Source: Candidatus Marinacidobacterales bacterium (GTDB lineage: Bacteria; Acidobacteriota; Vicinamibacteria; Marinacidobacterales; SMYC01). From it: a stretch of 64,000 nucleotides of DNA. A model generated the notes under the pieces. The model had not been told where the DNA came from. It saw only the letters and a program-made list of their open reading frames with translations, and did not search any database. A program made the position numbers and the translations under genes. The DNA lies in the NCBI GenBank assembly GCA_965237955.1, contig OZ250169.1, forward strand, positions 2,976,001 to 3,040,000. The letters run 5' to 3'. Below, piece after piece: positions 31,082 through 42,076 of this stretch; the stretch's first letter is position 1; each line of letters opens with the position of its first letter.

Positions 31082-31516
31082 GTGATGCCGCAGGATACAG
31101 GGGTTGGGCGGAACGTCGTTCTGGACGGTTTGGACTTCGCCAGCTTGCGGCGGGTCTGGGAGCAGACCTTTGGGGCTGCTCCTCCAAGCTCGCTCTCTCG
31201 CGTTTTCATGCGCCGCGTTCTTGCGTACGAACGCCAGTGCCGGACCCTTGGCTGGCATTCGGCCACAACCCGGCGCGCTCTGGCTGCCATGGCGAACGAG
31301 ACACCAAGCTCCGGCGCTCTCGCAGGGTCCGTTTCTGCCGGCACCCATCTCGTCCGCGAGTGGAATGGCCGGACCTACCAGGTCGAGGTAATCGACAACG
31401 GCTATCGGTTCGATGGCAAAACCTATCCGTCCCTCACTACCATCGCAAAGCGAATCACCGGCACCCACTGGTCAGGACCACGCTTTTTCGGTCTCACGCC
31501 CAAGCGCAAGGCCTAA
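31082..31516 (+). CDS. DUF2924 domain protein
   Basis: As 677-1111. Confidence 0.85.
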   Translation: MMPQDTGVGRNVVLDGLDFASLRRVWEQTFGAAPPSSLSRVFMRRVLAYERQCRTLGWHSATTRRALAAMANETPSSGALAGSVSAGTHLVREWNGRTYQVEVIDNGYRFDGKTYPSLTTIAKRITGTHWSGPRFFGLTPKRKA

Positions 31517-31517
31517 C

Positions 31518-33179
31518 ATGAAGAAGATCCGCTGTGCCATCTATACGCGAAAGAGTGCGGAAGAGGGTCTCGAACAGGAGTTCAACTCCCTCGATGCGCA
31601 GCGAGAAGCCTGCGCCGCGTATGTCGCGAGCCAGAAAGCGGAGGGCTGGGTGCTGCTGCCAACCGTCTACGAGGACGCGGGGCTCTCGGGAGGAACCCTG
31701 GAGCGCCCGGGCCTGCAGCGCTTGCTCGCCGACATCGACGCAGGTCTCGTCGACCAGATTGTGGTCTACAAGGTCGACCGGCTGACCCGTTCCCTCTCCG
31801 ACTTTGCAAAGCTCGTCGAGCGGCTCGAGGCGGCCGGCGCGGTTTTCGTCTCGGTGACTCAGTCCTTCAACACCGCGACCAGCATGGGACGACTGACGCT
31901 GCATATGCTGCTGTCCTTCGCACAATTCGAACGCGAGGTCACGGCCGAGCGGATCCGCGATAAGGTCGCTGCCTCCAAGCGCAAGGGACTATGGATGGGC
32001 GGCCGCGTACCGCTCGGCTATGAGAAGGACGGGCGCACGCTGCGCATCAACGAGGCTGAGGCCGAAACGGTCCGGACGCTCTATGCGCTGTACCGAAAGC
32101 ACGAAACGCTCCGGCAGGTGAAGGCCGAGGCGGACCGTCTGAGACTGCGTACCAAGCAACGCTTCACCGCGGATGGAACCCGAACGGGCGGGCTGCCGTT
32201 CCGTCGCGGACACCTCCACTGCCTGCTGACCAATCCTCTCTACGCCGGCCGCATCCGGCACCAGAGGCGTGTCTACGAGGGCCAGCATCCATCGATCATT
32301 GCTCCGGAGCTCTGGGACGCGGTCCAAACGCAGCTGCAGGCAGGGGCTGCCAAACCAAGGAGACGCACGACGAAGGGCCGTGCCGCCCGTTCCCCACTGG
32401 CAGGCAAGCTCTTCGACGAGACCGGGGACCGGCTGACGCCGAGCCACACCAAAAAGAAAAACGGGCAACGGCTCCGCTACTACGTCTCCCGGCGCCTCAT
32501 CCAGCACAGTGGCCAAAAGGACCTCTCCGGCTGGCGACTGCCCGCCCCGATGCTGGAACAGACCGCCGTGCATCTCATCCGACAGCATGTGGATGCCACG
32601 ACCTTCTCGGCCTCGTTGATCCACACTCCGACGATGCAAGAGCTCGCCTCGGTGCGTCGCTTTTTAGACGGGCTGTGTTCCGGTAGTAATGATGATAGTG
32701 CCTCGGCAGCCCCCCTGCTCCGTCTTATCCGGCGGGTCGACATCAGCCCCGGCTCTGTGTCCATCCTGCTCGACCGCAATGCGTTCGCTGCTTGCCTCTC
32801 TATGGGACCCGAACGCATTCGCGAGGATGCACTCCGCATCCTCGCACCGTTCCGCTTGCGTCGACGCAGCGTCGAGACCAAGCTCGTTCTGGGCAACCCC
32901 ACGAAATCCGTCGACCGCACACTCCTGCGCAATATCAGAAACGCCCGCTCCTGGCTCGGCCGAATCAAAGCAGGCAAAACCTATGAGCAGATTGCCACCG
33001 AAAACGCCATCCCAACGGACCGCGTGCGCAAGGCAATCCGTTATGCCTTCCTGGCTCCCGACATCGTCCGCGCCATTGTCGAAGGCCGCCAGCCCGTTGG
33101 GCTGACCTCGAGCTACCTCTTGCATCATCCGCTTCCCGACGATTGGGAGAAACAGCGAGTGCTCGTCAAAACGCTGTGA
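31518..33179 (+). CDS. Large serine recombinase (resolvase plus recombinase domains), intact copy
   Basis: RCAIYTRKS, VVYKVDRLTRS, FAQFEREVTAER and LTNPLYAG motifs; C-terminal AFLAPDIVRAIVEGRQP...LPDDWEKQ. Confidence 0.92.
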   Translation: MKKIRCAIYTRKSAEEGLEQEFNSLDAQREACAAYVASQKAEGWVLLPTVYEDAGLSGGTLERPGLQRLLADIDAGLVDQIVVYKVDRLTRSLSDFAKLVERLEAAGAVFVSVTQSFNTATSMGRLTLHMLLSFAQFEREVTAERIRDKVAASKRKGLWMGGRVPLGYEKDGRTLRINEAEAETVRTLYALYRKHETLRQVKAEADRLRLRTKQRFTADGTRTGGLPFRRGHLHCLLTNPLYAGRIRHQRRVYEGQHPSIIAPELWDAVQTQLQAGAAKPRRRTTKGRAARSPLAGKLFDETGDRLTPSHTKKKNGQRLRYYVSRRLIQHSGQKDLSGWRLPAPMLEQTAVHLIRQHVDATTFSASLIHTPTMQELASVRRFLDGLCSGSNDDSASAAPLLRLIRRVDISPGSVSILLDRNAFAACLSMGPERIREDALRILAPFRLRRRSVETKLVLGNPTKSVDRTLLRNIRNARSWLGRIKAGKTYEQIATENAIPTDRVRKAIRYAFLAPDIVRAIVEGRQPVGLTSSYLLHHPLPDDWEKQRVLVKTL

Positions 33180-34501
33180 GCCTGCCAGCGCCCACTTCGT
33201 GAATGGGCTCGGTTAGCAGCAAGCTGCTCTCCGACACTGGCCTCCACCAATCAGCCTCAAACTGGCCCAAATTCCCTGTCATGGTTTCCAGACTCGGATA
33301 GCTCCTTGTACTGGACCGTCTGCGGAGTCATCTTCGTTTCCTCCGTAAAACTCCGCTGGATGAATTCGAGGTTTGGCCAATTCGAATTCCGCTATTCGCC
33401 TTCTCCTCAGGCGCGATCTAGGCGTTAAGCGTCTTCTCATTATCTGCGCGATTAAGTAGAAAAACGGCCCGATAAGCCCCAAAATCGCACCAAATTGCAC
33501 GTTAATGGCCTGTTTAGCTCTGTTTCTGATCGTTTCCAGCCAAGAATCGGAAGCTCCACTCGAGCCTCCTGACTGCGATAGCCGGAAAGATGTTCCCGTC
33601 GACGAACATTCGCTGATGAGACGTAAAGCCTTTTGCGACAATGAGTAACGGTCGGAGCCGCCTCCGGAGGGTTTACGACACGGCCCTCTTTCAGGCGTCC
33701 AGGAGGTTGAGATTGCCGTATAGAAAATTTGATTAAAGCAAATTCGATTCCGGCTCGGAACGAGCACCCGTCGATGATGCGTGCGGGGACCAGCACGTGA
33801 CAGCGGCCGTTAAATCACTGTAGAAAAATAGGATAGAAGGAAATGGGCACCAAGGTTGAAACCCGAGAGCGCGTAAAACAGCCTTCTCGCCAAACCTGCG
33901 TACGCATCAAAAAACTCAAGAAATGCGCGAAACTCGAAACCTCCTGAATCTCCACTGACTTTTCTGTTTGAGGATTTCCGCCAAAAGCTGGACCACCTTT
34001 TGCCGAGACCGGATAGCTCCAACCTGCACCATCCGCCACCCCGTCCTGTGCCAAAACTCGGCCCTTTTGAAATAGACCATTAATCAGCAGCTTAGTGTCT
34101 GTTGTGCCTTCTATTTATTCATCCGCGCGTCCCGAACTTGATTGATCTTCGGTCTACCAGCACCATGCCGGCATGATTTCGTCGTTGGTTCCCGCTCTCA
34201 TCTCTGCCTTCAAGGTTCGTCGCGAGCTAGCTCTCGAGAATGTCACTCTTCGGGAGCAGCTCGCCGTCCTCCACCATTCCGTGAAACGGCCGCTGGTTTT
34301 GGTGCCGCGTAACCCGCTCGTGTGCTAGAGTTTGAGCCTGATTTCGAGAGACGCAGTTCTTTCGGCGATGCGGGCTGGGCTGACCACACGGTGCCTGACG
34401 TTCAGAGACACCTTCGTGTGCACGCCGACATCCTTAATTAATGGCGTTCGCCGACACAGGCAGACCAGCTGACACTAGCATTCAAACACGGCGTAGCAAC
34501 A

Positions 34502-34813
34502 TATCTGGACTCCTCTAGTCAAGCCCCTTTCTTAATAAATCTTCCATCGAAGCTGCGCATCCATCGCGTCGTGACGAGTGGGTCAGACTGCAAACGTATC
34601 TTCGGCCTCAGTGAGGAGCGTCTTGGGTGCTCCGGGCCATGATGGAAAATCCGCGCGCGAGGAGCCAATCACTTTGAACGACCTCTTAGGGCCAGTGTTG
34701 CTATCGGCTTGACCCCGCGCCGGTCCGACCGGTACGCCATCAGTTGGATGGGTATCGTCGCAGCCTCTCTTTTGGAAGGGAAAAAGGAAAACACGAAAGT
34801 GGAGCCTCTAAGT
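34502..34813 (-). ncRNA. Predicted bridge/seek RNA region
   Basis: Two stem-closed internal loops with segments matching the target (34694-34703, 34670-34674) and the donor junction (34639-34647, 34595-34601). Confidence 0.75.
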
Positions 34814-35845
34814 CTAAGCGGCCATCGGCGACTGGAATTCACTCTCGCGGGTGGAGACGGCCCAGACGATCCGGGCGAGTTTGTTGGCGACAGCAATCAC
34901 GGCCTTGTTGTGTCCCCGCGAGCGGTGGACCTTCCGAGCCCAGGCGCGGAGCTTGTCGGGCGGGCTCTTACTGACGTTCGCCGCGCGGAGCACGGCGCGC
35001 CCGCCCTGGGTGAGGAGCATACGGAGGTAGGAGTCGCCACGCTTGGTGATGCGTCCGAGGCGGCGAATGTCGCCACTGGAGTTTTCCTTGGGAACTAGGC
35101 CGAGGTAGCTCGAGAAGCGGCGCCCCGATGGGAAGCGGCGAAGATCGCCGACGAAGCCCACGATGGCGGTCGCGGTCAGAAGTCCGATGCCGGGAATGGC
35201 GAGAAGTCGTTGGACTTCAGGAAGCTGCTTGGTGAGCGCCTTGAGCTCGTGCTCGATGCCAGCGCACTTGTCCTTGAGTTCTCGAATCTCGGAGCAGGCA
35301 TCACGGAGATGCGAACGGAGCACGTCGGGCAAATCAGAATCAGCGTCTTCGACGAGTTCGAAGAGGGCGGGCACGACGAAGTGAGCGCCCTTTGGGATGA
35401 TGAATCCGAGTTCGCGCAGGATCCCGCGTACGGCATTGATGCGTGCGGTCCGTGTGGAGAGCCATCCTGAGCGCAGGCGATGGAGCGCGGCGAGGCTGTG
35501 CTGGTGCACGGACTTAATGGGCACGGGAAGAATCTCCTCGTTCCTGTAGGCCTCGAGCAACGCTTTGGCGTCGGCGCGGTCGTTCTTGCTCCCGCGTCGA
35601 TAGGGCCTCACGAGGTGAGGTGGGAGCAGGACGACGTCGTGTCCCAACCTTCGGAACGTCCTTGCCCAGAAGTGAGCAGAGCCGCAGGCTTCGAGAAGCA
35701 CGGTGGCAGCGCTCTGTTTGGCAAAAAACGACACCAACTTGGGTCGACTCACACGGAGTTGCTTGGACACCTTCCCCGCTTCTCCCGAGATGGCAATCTC
35801 GAAGACGTTCTTTGCAAGATCCACAGCGATCGTCGTATCTTTCAT
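34814..35845 (-). CDS. IS110 family DEDD recombinase/transposase
   Basis: AVDLAKNVF, LEACG, KNDRADA, IPGIG and ENSSG motifs; AGGAGG RBS. Confidence 0.95.
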   Translation of the reverse strand: MKDTTIAVDLAKNVFEIAISGEAGKVSKQLRVSRPKLVSFFAKQSAATVLLEACGSAHFWARTFRRLGHDVVLLPPHLVRPYRRGSKNDRADAKALLEAYRNEEILPVPIKSVHQHSLAALHRLRSGWLSTRTARINAVRGILRELGFIIPKGAHFVVPALFELVEDADSDLPDVLRSHLRDACSEIRELKDKCAGIEHELKALTKQLPEVQRLLAIPGIGLLTATAIVGFVGDLRRFPSGRRFSSYLGLVPKENSSGDIRRLGRITKRGDSYLRMLLTQGGRAVLRAANVSKSPPDKLRAWARKVHRSRGHNKAVIAVANKLARIVWAVSTRESEFQSPMAA

Positions 35846-35973
35846 TCGGACTCCTCCTTTTCGATGCGTATTCGACTGACTTTGGCACATCGATGCCGTC
35901 TATGTCAGCGGAGGAGTCCATTCCATCACTTGATGGCGGAAGCACTTGATGGCGGAAGCACCGAATAGAGTCC

Positions 35974-37455
35974 ATGCCGACGGCAAGAACCAGCGAGAGC
36001 CACCCACTGCGCATCACGGCGATGACCCTGGGCGACGGCCGGGGCCGGATCGGCTTCTCGCAGTGCCCCGGTAGGATCGATCGCTACGCAATATCCGGGC
36101 CCTGGAAGCGGGATCTCGACACCGACCTCGACGCGATTCAGCGCTGGGGAGCGACTGCGGTGGTCAGCCTGATCACCCACGAAGAGATCCCCGATCTGAA
36201 GGTGCACGATCTCCCGAGGGCGGTTCGAGACCGGCACATGGAGTGGTGGCATGCCCCGATTCCCGACGGAGAGGCACCGGAACAGGACTTCGAGCACGCC
36301 TGGAAGGCCACCGGCGAGTCCATCCGGAACCGGCTGCGGCTCGGCTTCGACGTGCTGCTCCACTGCCGGGGTGGTCTGGGACGCGCCGGGACCATCACAG
36401 CCCGCCTGCTGGTGGAGTTGGGCGTGCAACCGGACGATGCGATCCGCCGCGTGCGCGACGCCCGCGAATGGACCATCGAGAACGGCTCCCAGCTGGCTCA
36501 CGTGAGGCAGTGTTCGGCACAAGCACCATCGGTTCCATCCCGGACCGCGGACGACATCCACGACCGGGCGCTCGGGGCCTTCCTCGGTCTGGCGGTGGGC
36601 GACGCGGTCGGCACGACGCTCGAATTCTGCTCCCGCGATACGCAGCCGCGTCTAGAAGACATGGTCGGTGGCGGCCCGTTCGATCTGCCGGCCGGCGCTT
36701 GGACCGACGACACGGCCATGGCGCTGGCCCTGGCCGACAGCCTGGCGGAATCCAAGACGCTCGACTGCCGGGACCTGATGGACCGTTTCGTGAAGTGGTG
36801 GCGAGACGGAGACTACTCGTGGAGCGGAGACTGCTTCGACATTGGAAACACGACCTGCCAAGCGCTCACCCGGTACCTACGGACGGGTGACCCGGTCGCG
36901 GGTTCGACCGATCCCTTGAGCGCAGGCAACGGCTCGCTGATGCGGCTCGCCCCCGTTGCGCTCCGGTTCAGGCACGACCGGCCGCGCCTGCTCGCGGCAG
37001 CCGCCGACCAGTCCCGGACGACCCACGGAGGCGAGGAAGCAGTGGACGCCTGCCGGGCGTTCGGCGCACTCCTGGCAGACGCCATCGCCGGGTCACCGTT
37101 CTCGGACGTTCTGGCTCCGAGACGGTTCACGGGAGCGGCGGCAATCACTCAGGTCATAGCCGGCAGCTGGCGAGGACGGACACGGGATACGATCCGCTCC
37201 AGCGGGTACGTCGTTCACACGCTCGAAGCCGCCATCTGGTCAGTCGCCCGCACCGGAGACTTCCGCGGCGCGGTGCTGCTCGCGGCCAACCTGGCCGACG
37301 ACGCCGATACGGTAGCAGCAGTGACGGGGCAGCTCGCCGGCGCCCTCTACGGCCTGAACGCCATCCCCGACCACTGGCGGGAACGCGTTGCCTGGAAGGA
37401 TCGACTCCTGGCAGCGGCGCGGCGGTTGCTGTCGGAACCCCTTGCCGACCGGTAG
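35974..37455 (+). CDS. Protein phosphatase (CDKN3/DSP-like) fused to ADP-ribosylglycohydrolase
   Basis: HCRGGLGR P-loop; GDAVG, WTDDT, GNGSLMR and DADT motifs. Confidence 0.9.
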   Translation: MPTARTSESHPLRITAMTLGDGRGRIGFSQCPGRIDRYAISGPWKRDLDTDLDAIQRWGATAVVSLITHEEIPDLKVHDLPRAVRDRHMEWWHAPIPDGEAPEQDFEHAWKATGESIRNRLRLGFDVLLHCRGGLGRAGTITARLLVELGVQPDDAIRRVRDAREWTIENGSQLAHVRQCSAQAPSVPSRTADDIHDRALGAFLGLAVGDAVGTTLEFCSRDTQPRLEDMVGGGPFDLPAGAWTDDTAMALALADSLAESKTLDCRDLMDRFVKWWRDGDYSWSGDCFDIGNTTCQALTRYLRTGDPVAGSTDPLSAGNGSLMRLAPVALRFRHDRPRLLAAAADQSRTTHGGEEAVDACRAFGALLADAIAGSPFSDVLAPRRFTGAAAITQVIAGSWRGRTRDTIRSSGYVVHTLEAAIWSVARTGDFRGAVLLAANLADDADTVAAVTGQLAGALYGLNAIPDHWRERVAWKDRLLAAARRLLSEPLADR

Positions 37456-37562
37456 AAGTTGGGTGGGTAGCCGAAGCACGGCTCTTGACCCGGTCGCAAA
37501 CACAGACACTAAGCTGCTGATATTATGCTCTGTTTCAAAAGGCCGAGTTTTGGCACAGGACG

Positions 37563-38450
37563 GGCAGCTCCGCCAAGCTCGCTCTCGCGTATCTTCATGC
37601 GCCGCGTTCTCTTGCACGAACGCCAGTGCCGGACCCATGGCGGGCTTTCGGCCGCAACCCGGCGCTCTCTGGCCGCTATGGCGAACGAGACACCAGGCAA
37701 CGCCGCTCCCGCAGGGTCCGTTTCTACCGGCACCCATCTCGTCCGCGAGTGGAATGGCCGGACCTACCAGGTCGAGGTAGTCGACAACGGCTATCGGTTC
37801 GACGGCAAAACCTATCCGTCCCTCACCGCCATCACAAAAGCGAATCACCGGCACCCACTGGTCAGGACCACGCTTTTTCGGTCTGACGCCCAAGCGCAAG
37901 GCCTAACATGAAGAAAATCCGCTGTGCCATCTATACGCGAAAGAGCGCGGAAGAGGGTCTCGAGCAGGAGTTCAACTCCCTCGATGCGCAGCGAGAAGCC
38001 TGCGCCGCGTATGTCGCGAGCCACAAGGCGGAGGGCTGGGTGCTGCTGCGGACTGTCTACGAGGACGCGGGACTCTCGGGAGGAACCCTGGAGCGCCCGG
38101 GCCTGCAGCGCTTGCTCGCCGACATCGATGCCGGTCTCGTCGAGCAGATCGTGGTCTACAAGGTCGACCGGCTGACCCGTTCCCTCTCCGACTTTGCGAA
38201 GCTCGTCGAACGGCTCGAGGCGGCCGGCGCGGTTTTCGTCTCGGTGACTCAGTCCTTCAACACCGCGACCAGCATGGGACGACTGACGCTGCATATGCTG
38301 CTGTCCTTCGCACAATTCGAACGCGAGGTCACGGCCGAGCGGATCCGCGATAAGGTCGCTGCCTCCAAGCGCAAGGGACTATGGATGGGCGGCCGCGTAC
38401 CGCTCGGCTATGAGAAGGACGAGCGCACGCTGCGCATCAACGAGGCCTAA
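37563..38450 (+). pseudogene. DUF2924 (5'-truncated, frameshifted) plus truncated serine recombinase
   Basis: Starts at the R1 end (37562); the recombinase stops at RINEA. Confidence 0.85.
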
Positions 38451-38812
38451 CTCCGGATCCCGATTGAACCTCTGCTCGGGGGCCGATACAATCCCCTACA
38501 GGATTTCCTCGTTAGTGCCTGGCGACTCGACACGCTTCGCTTAGACCAGATGTTCGACGACGAAGTGCTGCGGGGGATACTGACATCAGTAAGACGATCA
38601 GTCTCGAAATCCTCCGACAGTTGTGTCCCGGCTCGACCTCATGAGTCTGATGGAAGAATCGTTTGTCACTTATTCGGAGGGCGGCGTCAAAACTTGTTTT
38701 CTTGGGATGGATTCTTGAGCGGGCACTGATTTCGAGTTAGGTGTCTGCCTCTACTGCATCTCCGAAATCATTGCGTTGTGAGGCCCTTCGAGATTCGAAA
38801 AAGGGGTTAAAG

Positions 38813-40855
38813 ATGTCTAGACGATCAATTACCGTTTCTTTCCTTATTTTTCTCCTGCTCGTTCCGGTCTCAAGCCTGCCGGTATTCGGCCAGGCCTCAT
38901 CGAACGACCAGGAGTTGAAACTTAAAAAATATGATGTGGAGCCCCTACCCCACGTCTCCCCAGTGTCGTCCCCGGCATTATCACCGGACGGCAGCAAGAT
39001 ACTATTCGCCAGATCCACCGTGAACATGGAGAAGAACGGATACGAGTCCCATGTCTGGATAGTCCCCTCTGCGGAGGGTGAAGCCAGACAGCTAACCTAC
39101 AGCGACGGCGCTGAATCGGCCCCCTTCTGGTCACCTGACGGGGAGACCATCTACTTTAACTCAAGCCGCGCCCTCGGTGGCATCAAGAAGGACAGGCTGT
39201 GGGCTCTGCCGGCAGCCGGCGGTGAAGCCAGACCTGTCTTGGAGGGATCCATACAAATCCCCGAGTTCAGTCCGGACGGGAAGAAGCTCCTGTACTCTAG
39301 TAGAGTCGAGGAGCCCTCAGAGACGCCGGAGGAGCATGTGGAGGATGTAATGTGGATAACCAAGCTCCGTTACAAGAGGGACGGGCAGGGCTACTACCCC
39401 TACACACGTACCCATGTATTCATCGCAGACCTGAAGACAGGTATGAAAGACCAGATAACCAGCGGTCGCTACGAGGTCTCCTCACCCAGCTGGGCCCCAG
39501 ACGGGAAGGGCATCGCCTACGTGGCTAACCCTGAGAACGGGGACTACTCCAGAGTCAGGGACATATACATTCACCCCCTGGGCGGTGAACCCCACAAGGT
39601 AACCAAGGGGGACTCTATGATCAGCTCAGTAGCATGGTCCCCCAACGGAGACCGGCTGCTATACACAGGGCGGAAGCCCGACGACCTCGTACATCCCCCC
39701 TACATGAACACGGATATCTGGGTCATGCCCAGCGGCGGCGGAGAAGCCAAGAACCTTACGAAGGATTTTGACAGGACTGTGGGCCGTAGCAGTGTGGACT
39801 GGATCAACCCAGACTATACCTACTTCAGGGCTCCCCATCATGGAACGTACCAGGTCTACAAGTTAGACATTAACACAGGGGCTGTTGAGCAGATCACCGA
39901 AGGCCAGATGAACCTTGGCGCGTTCAGCGTGAACTCGGACTACACAAAGTTCGCATACGTCGCCTCGGATGCCAGCTGGCCCAGCGAGATCTACATGTAC
40001 GACGGCTCAACGCAGACGCGGATAACAAACATGAACGAGGAACTCATGGAGAAGTGGGTCGTAAGCCTCCCAGAGGAGTTCTGGTTCACAGCCAGCGACG
40101 GCGTGAAGGTTCAAGGATGGATAGTGAAACCCCACAACTATGAGGCCGGCGGCAAGTACCCCATGATCCTTGAGATACATGGAGGCCCCCACGGAGCCTA
40201 CGGATTCAAGCTGGACACCGCGGAGCACGAGTTCCAGCTCCTAGCCAAGAACGGCTACGCAGTCATATACACCAACCCCAGAGACAGCATCGGCTACGGA
40301 GAAGAGTTCGCAGCGCTCGCTGAGGGCACATGGGGTGGCAGAGACTGGGATGACCTCATGGAGGCCGTTGACTACGTCCTGGAGAACTATGACTACATCG
40401 ACGCTGACAGGCTGGGAGTCGCAGGCGGCAGCTTCGGCGGATTCATGACCAACTGGACCATCGGCCACACCGACCGGTTCAAGGCCGCAGTCACCATGCG
40501 ATCCGTCAGCAACTGGTACAGCCAGGTCGGATACAGCGACATGAGCTGGGGCTATTCAGGGATAGGCAACTACCGAGAGCCATGGGAGATACCGGACAAG
40601 TACTTGAAGCATTCACCCATCACGTACGCTGATAAGATGACCACCCCCCTACTCATCATACACTCAGAGTTCGACTACAGATGCCCCCTCGCTGAGGGAG
40701 AGCAACTCTACTACGCACTCAAACGGCTCAAAAGGGACGTCGAGTACATCCGGTTCGCCAACAACAGCCACGGACTCAGCAGAGGCGGTAAACCAACCCA
40801 CAGGACAGCACGGCTACGGCATATCCTGCGTTGGTTCGACAAGTACCTCAAATAA
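38813..40855 (+). CDS. S9 family peptidase (acylaminoacyl/dipeptidyl peptidase-like) with beta-propeller
   Basis: Signal peptide; WSPDG repeats; IHGGP, GGSFGG, DYRCP and SHG motifs. Confidence 0.93.
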   Translation: MSRRSITVSFLIFLLLVPVSSLPVFGQASSNDQELKLKKYDVEPLPHVSPVSSPALSPDGSKILFARSTVNMEKNGYESHVWIVPSAEGEARQLTYSDGAESAPFWSPDGETIYFNSSRALGGIKKDRLWALPAAGGEARPVLEGSIQIPEFSPDGKKLLYSSRVEEPSETPEEHVEDVMWITKLRYKRDGQGYYPYTRTHVFIADLKTGMKDQITSGRYEVSSPSWAPDGKGIAYVANPENGDYSRVRDIYIHPLGGEPHKVTKGDSMISSVAWSPNGDRLLYTGRKPDDLVHPPYMNTDIWVMPSGGGEAKNLTKDFDRTVGRSSVDWINPDYTYFRAPHHGTYQVYKLDINTGAVEQITEGQMNLGAFSVNSDYTKFAYVASDASWPSEIYMYDGSTQTRITNMNEELMEKWVVSLPEEFWFTASDGVKVQGWIVKPHNYEAGGKYPMILEIHGGPHGAYGFKLDTAEHEFQLLAKNGYAVIYTNPRDSIGYGEEFAALAEGTWGGRDWDDLMEAVDYVLENYDYIDADRLGVAGGSFGGFMTNWTIGHTDRFKAAVTMRSVSNWYSQVGYSDMSWGYSGIGNYREPWEIPDKYLKHSPITYADKMTTPLLIIHSEFDYRCPLAEGEQLYYALKRLKRDVEYIRFANNSHGLSRGGKPTHRTARLRHILRWFDKYLK

Positions 40856-40976
40856 CCCTATTTTTTACATTAGAGAGGGAAGTACTTTTCCCAAGTATAC
40901 TCCAAAAAGGCAGGTCAGGTGCGTATTCCAGCCATCGTGAACGCCGAATCCAGAGCAAGCTGAACAGCGAATCCGG

Positions 40977-42076
40977 TGCCTTGGTGCACAACTCGCGATC
41001 TCGGTCCACAATTGTCCTTTACTCACGGATTCGAGGTTCCCCATGAGCATTTTCAAACGCACTCAGCGGAAGTATGTGAAGAAGGCCTATCGCGTGAGGA
41101 ATTGGCGTGAATATAAGGCGGGTCTATGCAACCGTGGGAGTCAACCGTGGGAGCCTGACCGTCTGGATCTCGCTCACCGTCGGCAAGCTTGTGAACTGGG
41201 ACGCGCCCCGGCCGAGGAGGAGGAAACCGGGCCGTCAACGCAAGTACTCGAACCACGCCATCGAGACGGCTGTCACCCTGGGCATGGTGTTTCATCTGTC
41301 ATCTAGGCAGAGCGAGGGATTGCTGCGATCGTTGTTCGCTCTGATGAAGCTAGACAATGATGTGCCCGATCACACCACGATTTCGAGGCGCAAGGCGAAG
41401 CTGGGTAAGGTCCCCTTCTACCAAGACAAGCAGAAGACGCCGTTGCACATCTTGATCGACAGCAGCGGTCTCGCTGCCCACGCCGGCCAGCTGCGCAGAG
41501 CACCAAAGAGCAGGGACTATCGCAAGCTCCATCTGTGTGTCGACGAGCAGAGTGGCGAAGTCGTCGCCGGCGAGCTGACGAGCAAAAGAGCCCGCGATTC
41601 ATCGCGGGTTGCATCGCTTGTCGGACAGATCGACAGTCCCATCTCATCGGCCAGAGCTGACACCGCATACGACGCCAGCGGCGTCTATGAGGCGATCGAG
41701 AATCACAGCGCTCATCGCTCGCCGAGGGTGCTGATACCGCCGCGCAAGGGCGCCCAGCTCGCATCGGGGCCGGCGAGCAGCCGACAGCGCAATCGCAACA
41801 TTGCAGCACAAGCTCGGCTCGGCAAACGAAAGTGGCACACAGAATCGGGCTACAGCAAACGGAGCAAAGTCGAGACAACGTTCCATCGCTACAAGGCTAT
41901 CGTGGGCTCAGCGATGCGAGCGAGAGGGTTGGCGGCACAGAGAGTCGAGGCAAGGATCGGGTGCAAGATTCTCAACACGATGACGGCGCTCGGGATGCCT
42001 GATAGCGAGATGATCGGATGATGGGAGTCGGGGCCAAGCGAGCTCTCGGCCTCTATCGGAGTTGTGCACCAAGGCA
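40977..42076 (+). mobile_element. IS5 family element A, copy 2 (frameshifted)
   Basis: Same TIRs; a 13-bp tandem duplication (CAACCGTGGGAG) near 41129-41153 breaks the frame. Confidence 0.9.

Larger units (their letters stand above)
34500..35928 (-). mobile_element. IS110 family, IS1111-type element, copy 1
   Basis: Sub-terminal IR TGGACTCCTC/GAGGAGTCCA, CA core at both junctions, about 310 bp 3' non-coding end. Confidence 0.92.

Noticed and set aside
31518-33179. Serine recombinase as the enzyme that makes the R1 junctions
   Set aside because: R1 cuts the recombinase module itself, targets share only about 2 bp, and R1-linked sequence lies downstream of the rve integrase. Disfavoured, not excluded.
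33279-34041. ORFs in the lower-GC stretch after the recombinase
   Set aside because: No recognisable motifs and overlapping short frames; left unannotated.
34735-34742. CGCCATCA match between the IS110 non-coding end and its target
   Set aside because: It lies outside the stem-closed loop and has the wrong polarity for a right-target guide; probably scaffold coincidence.
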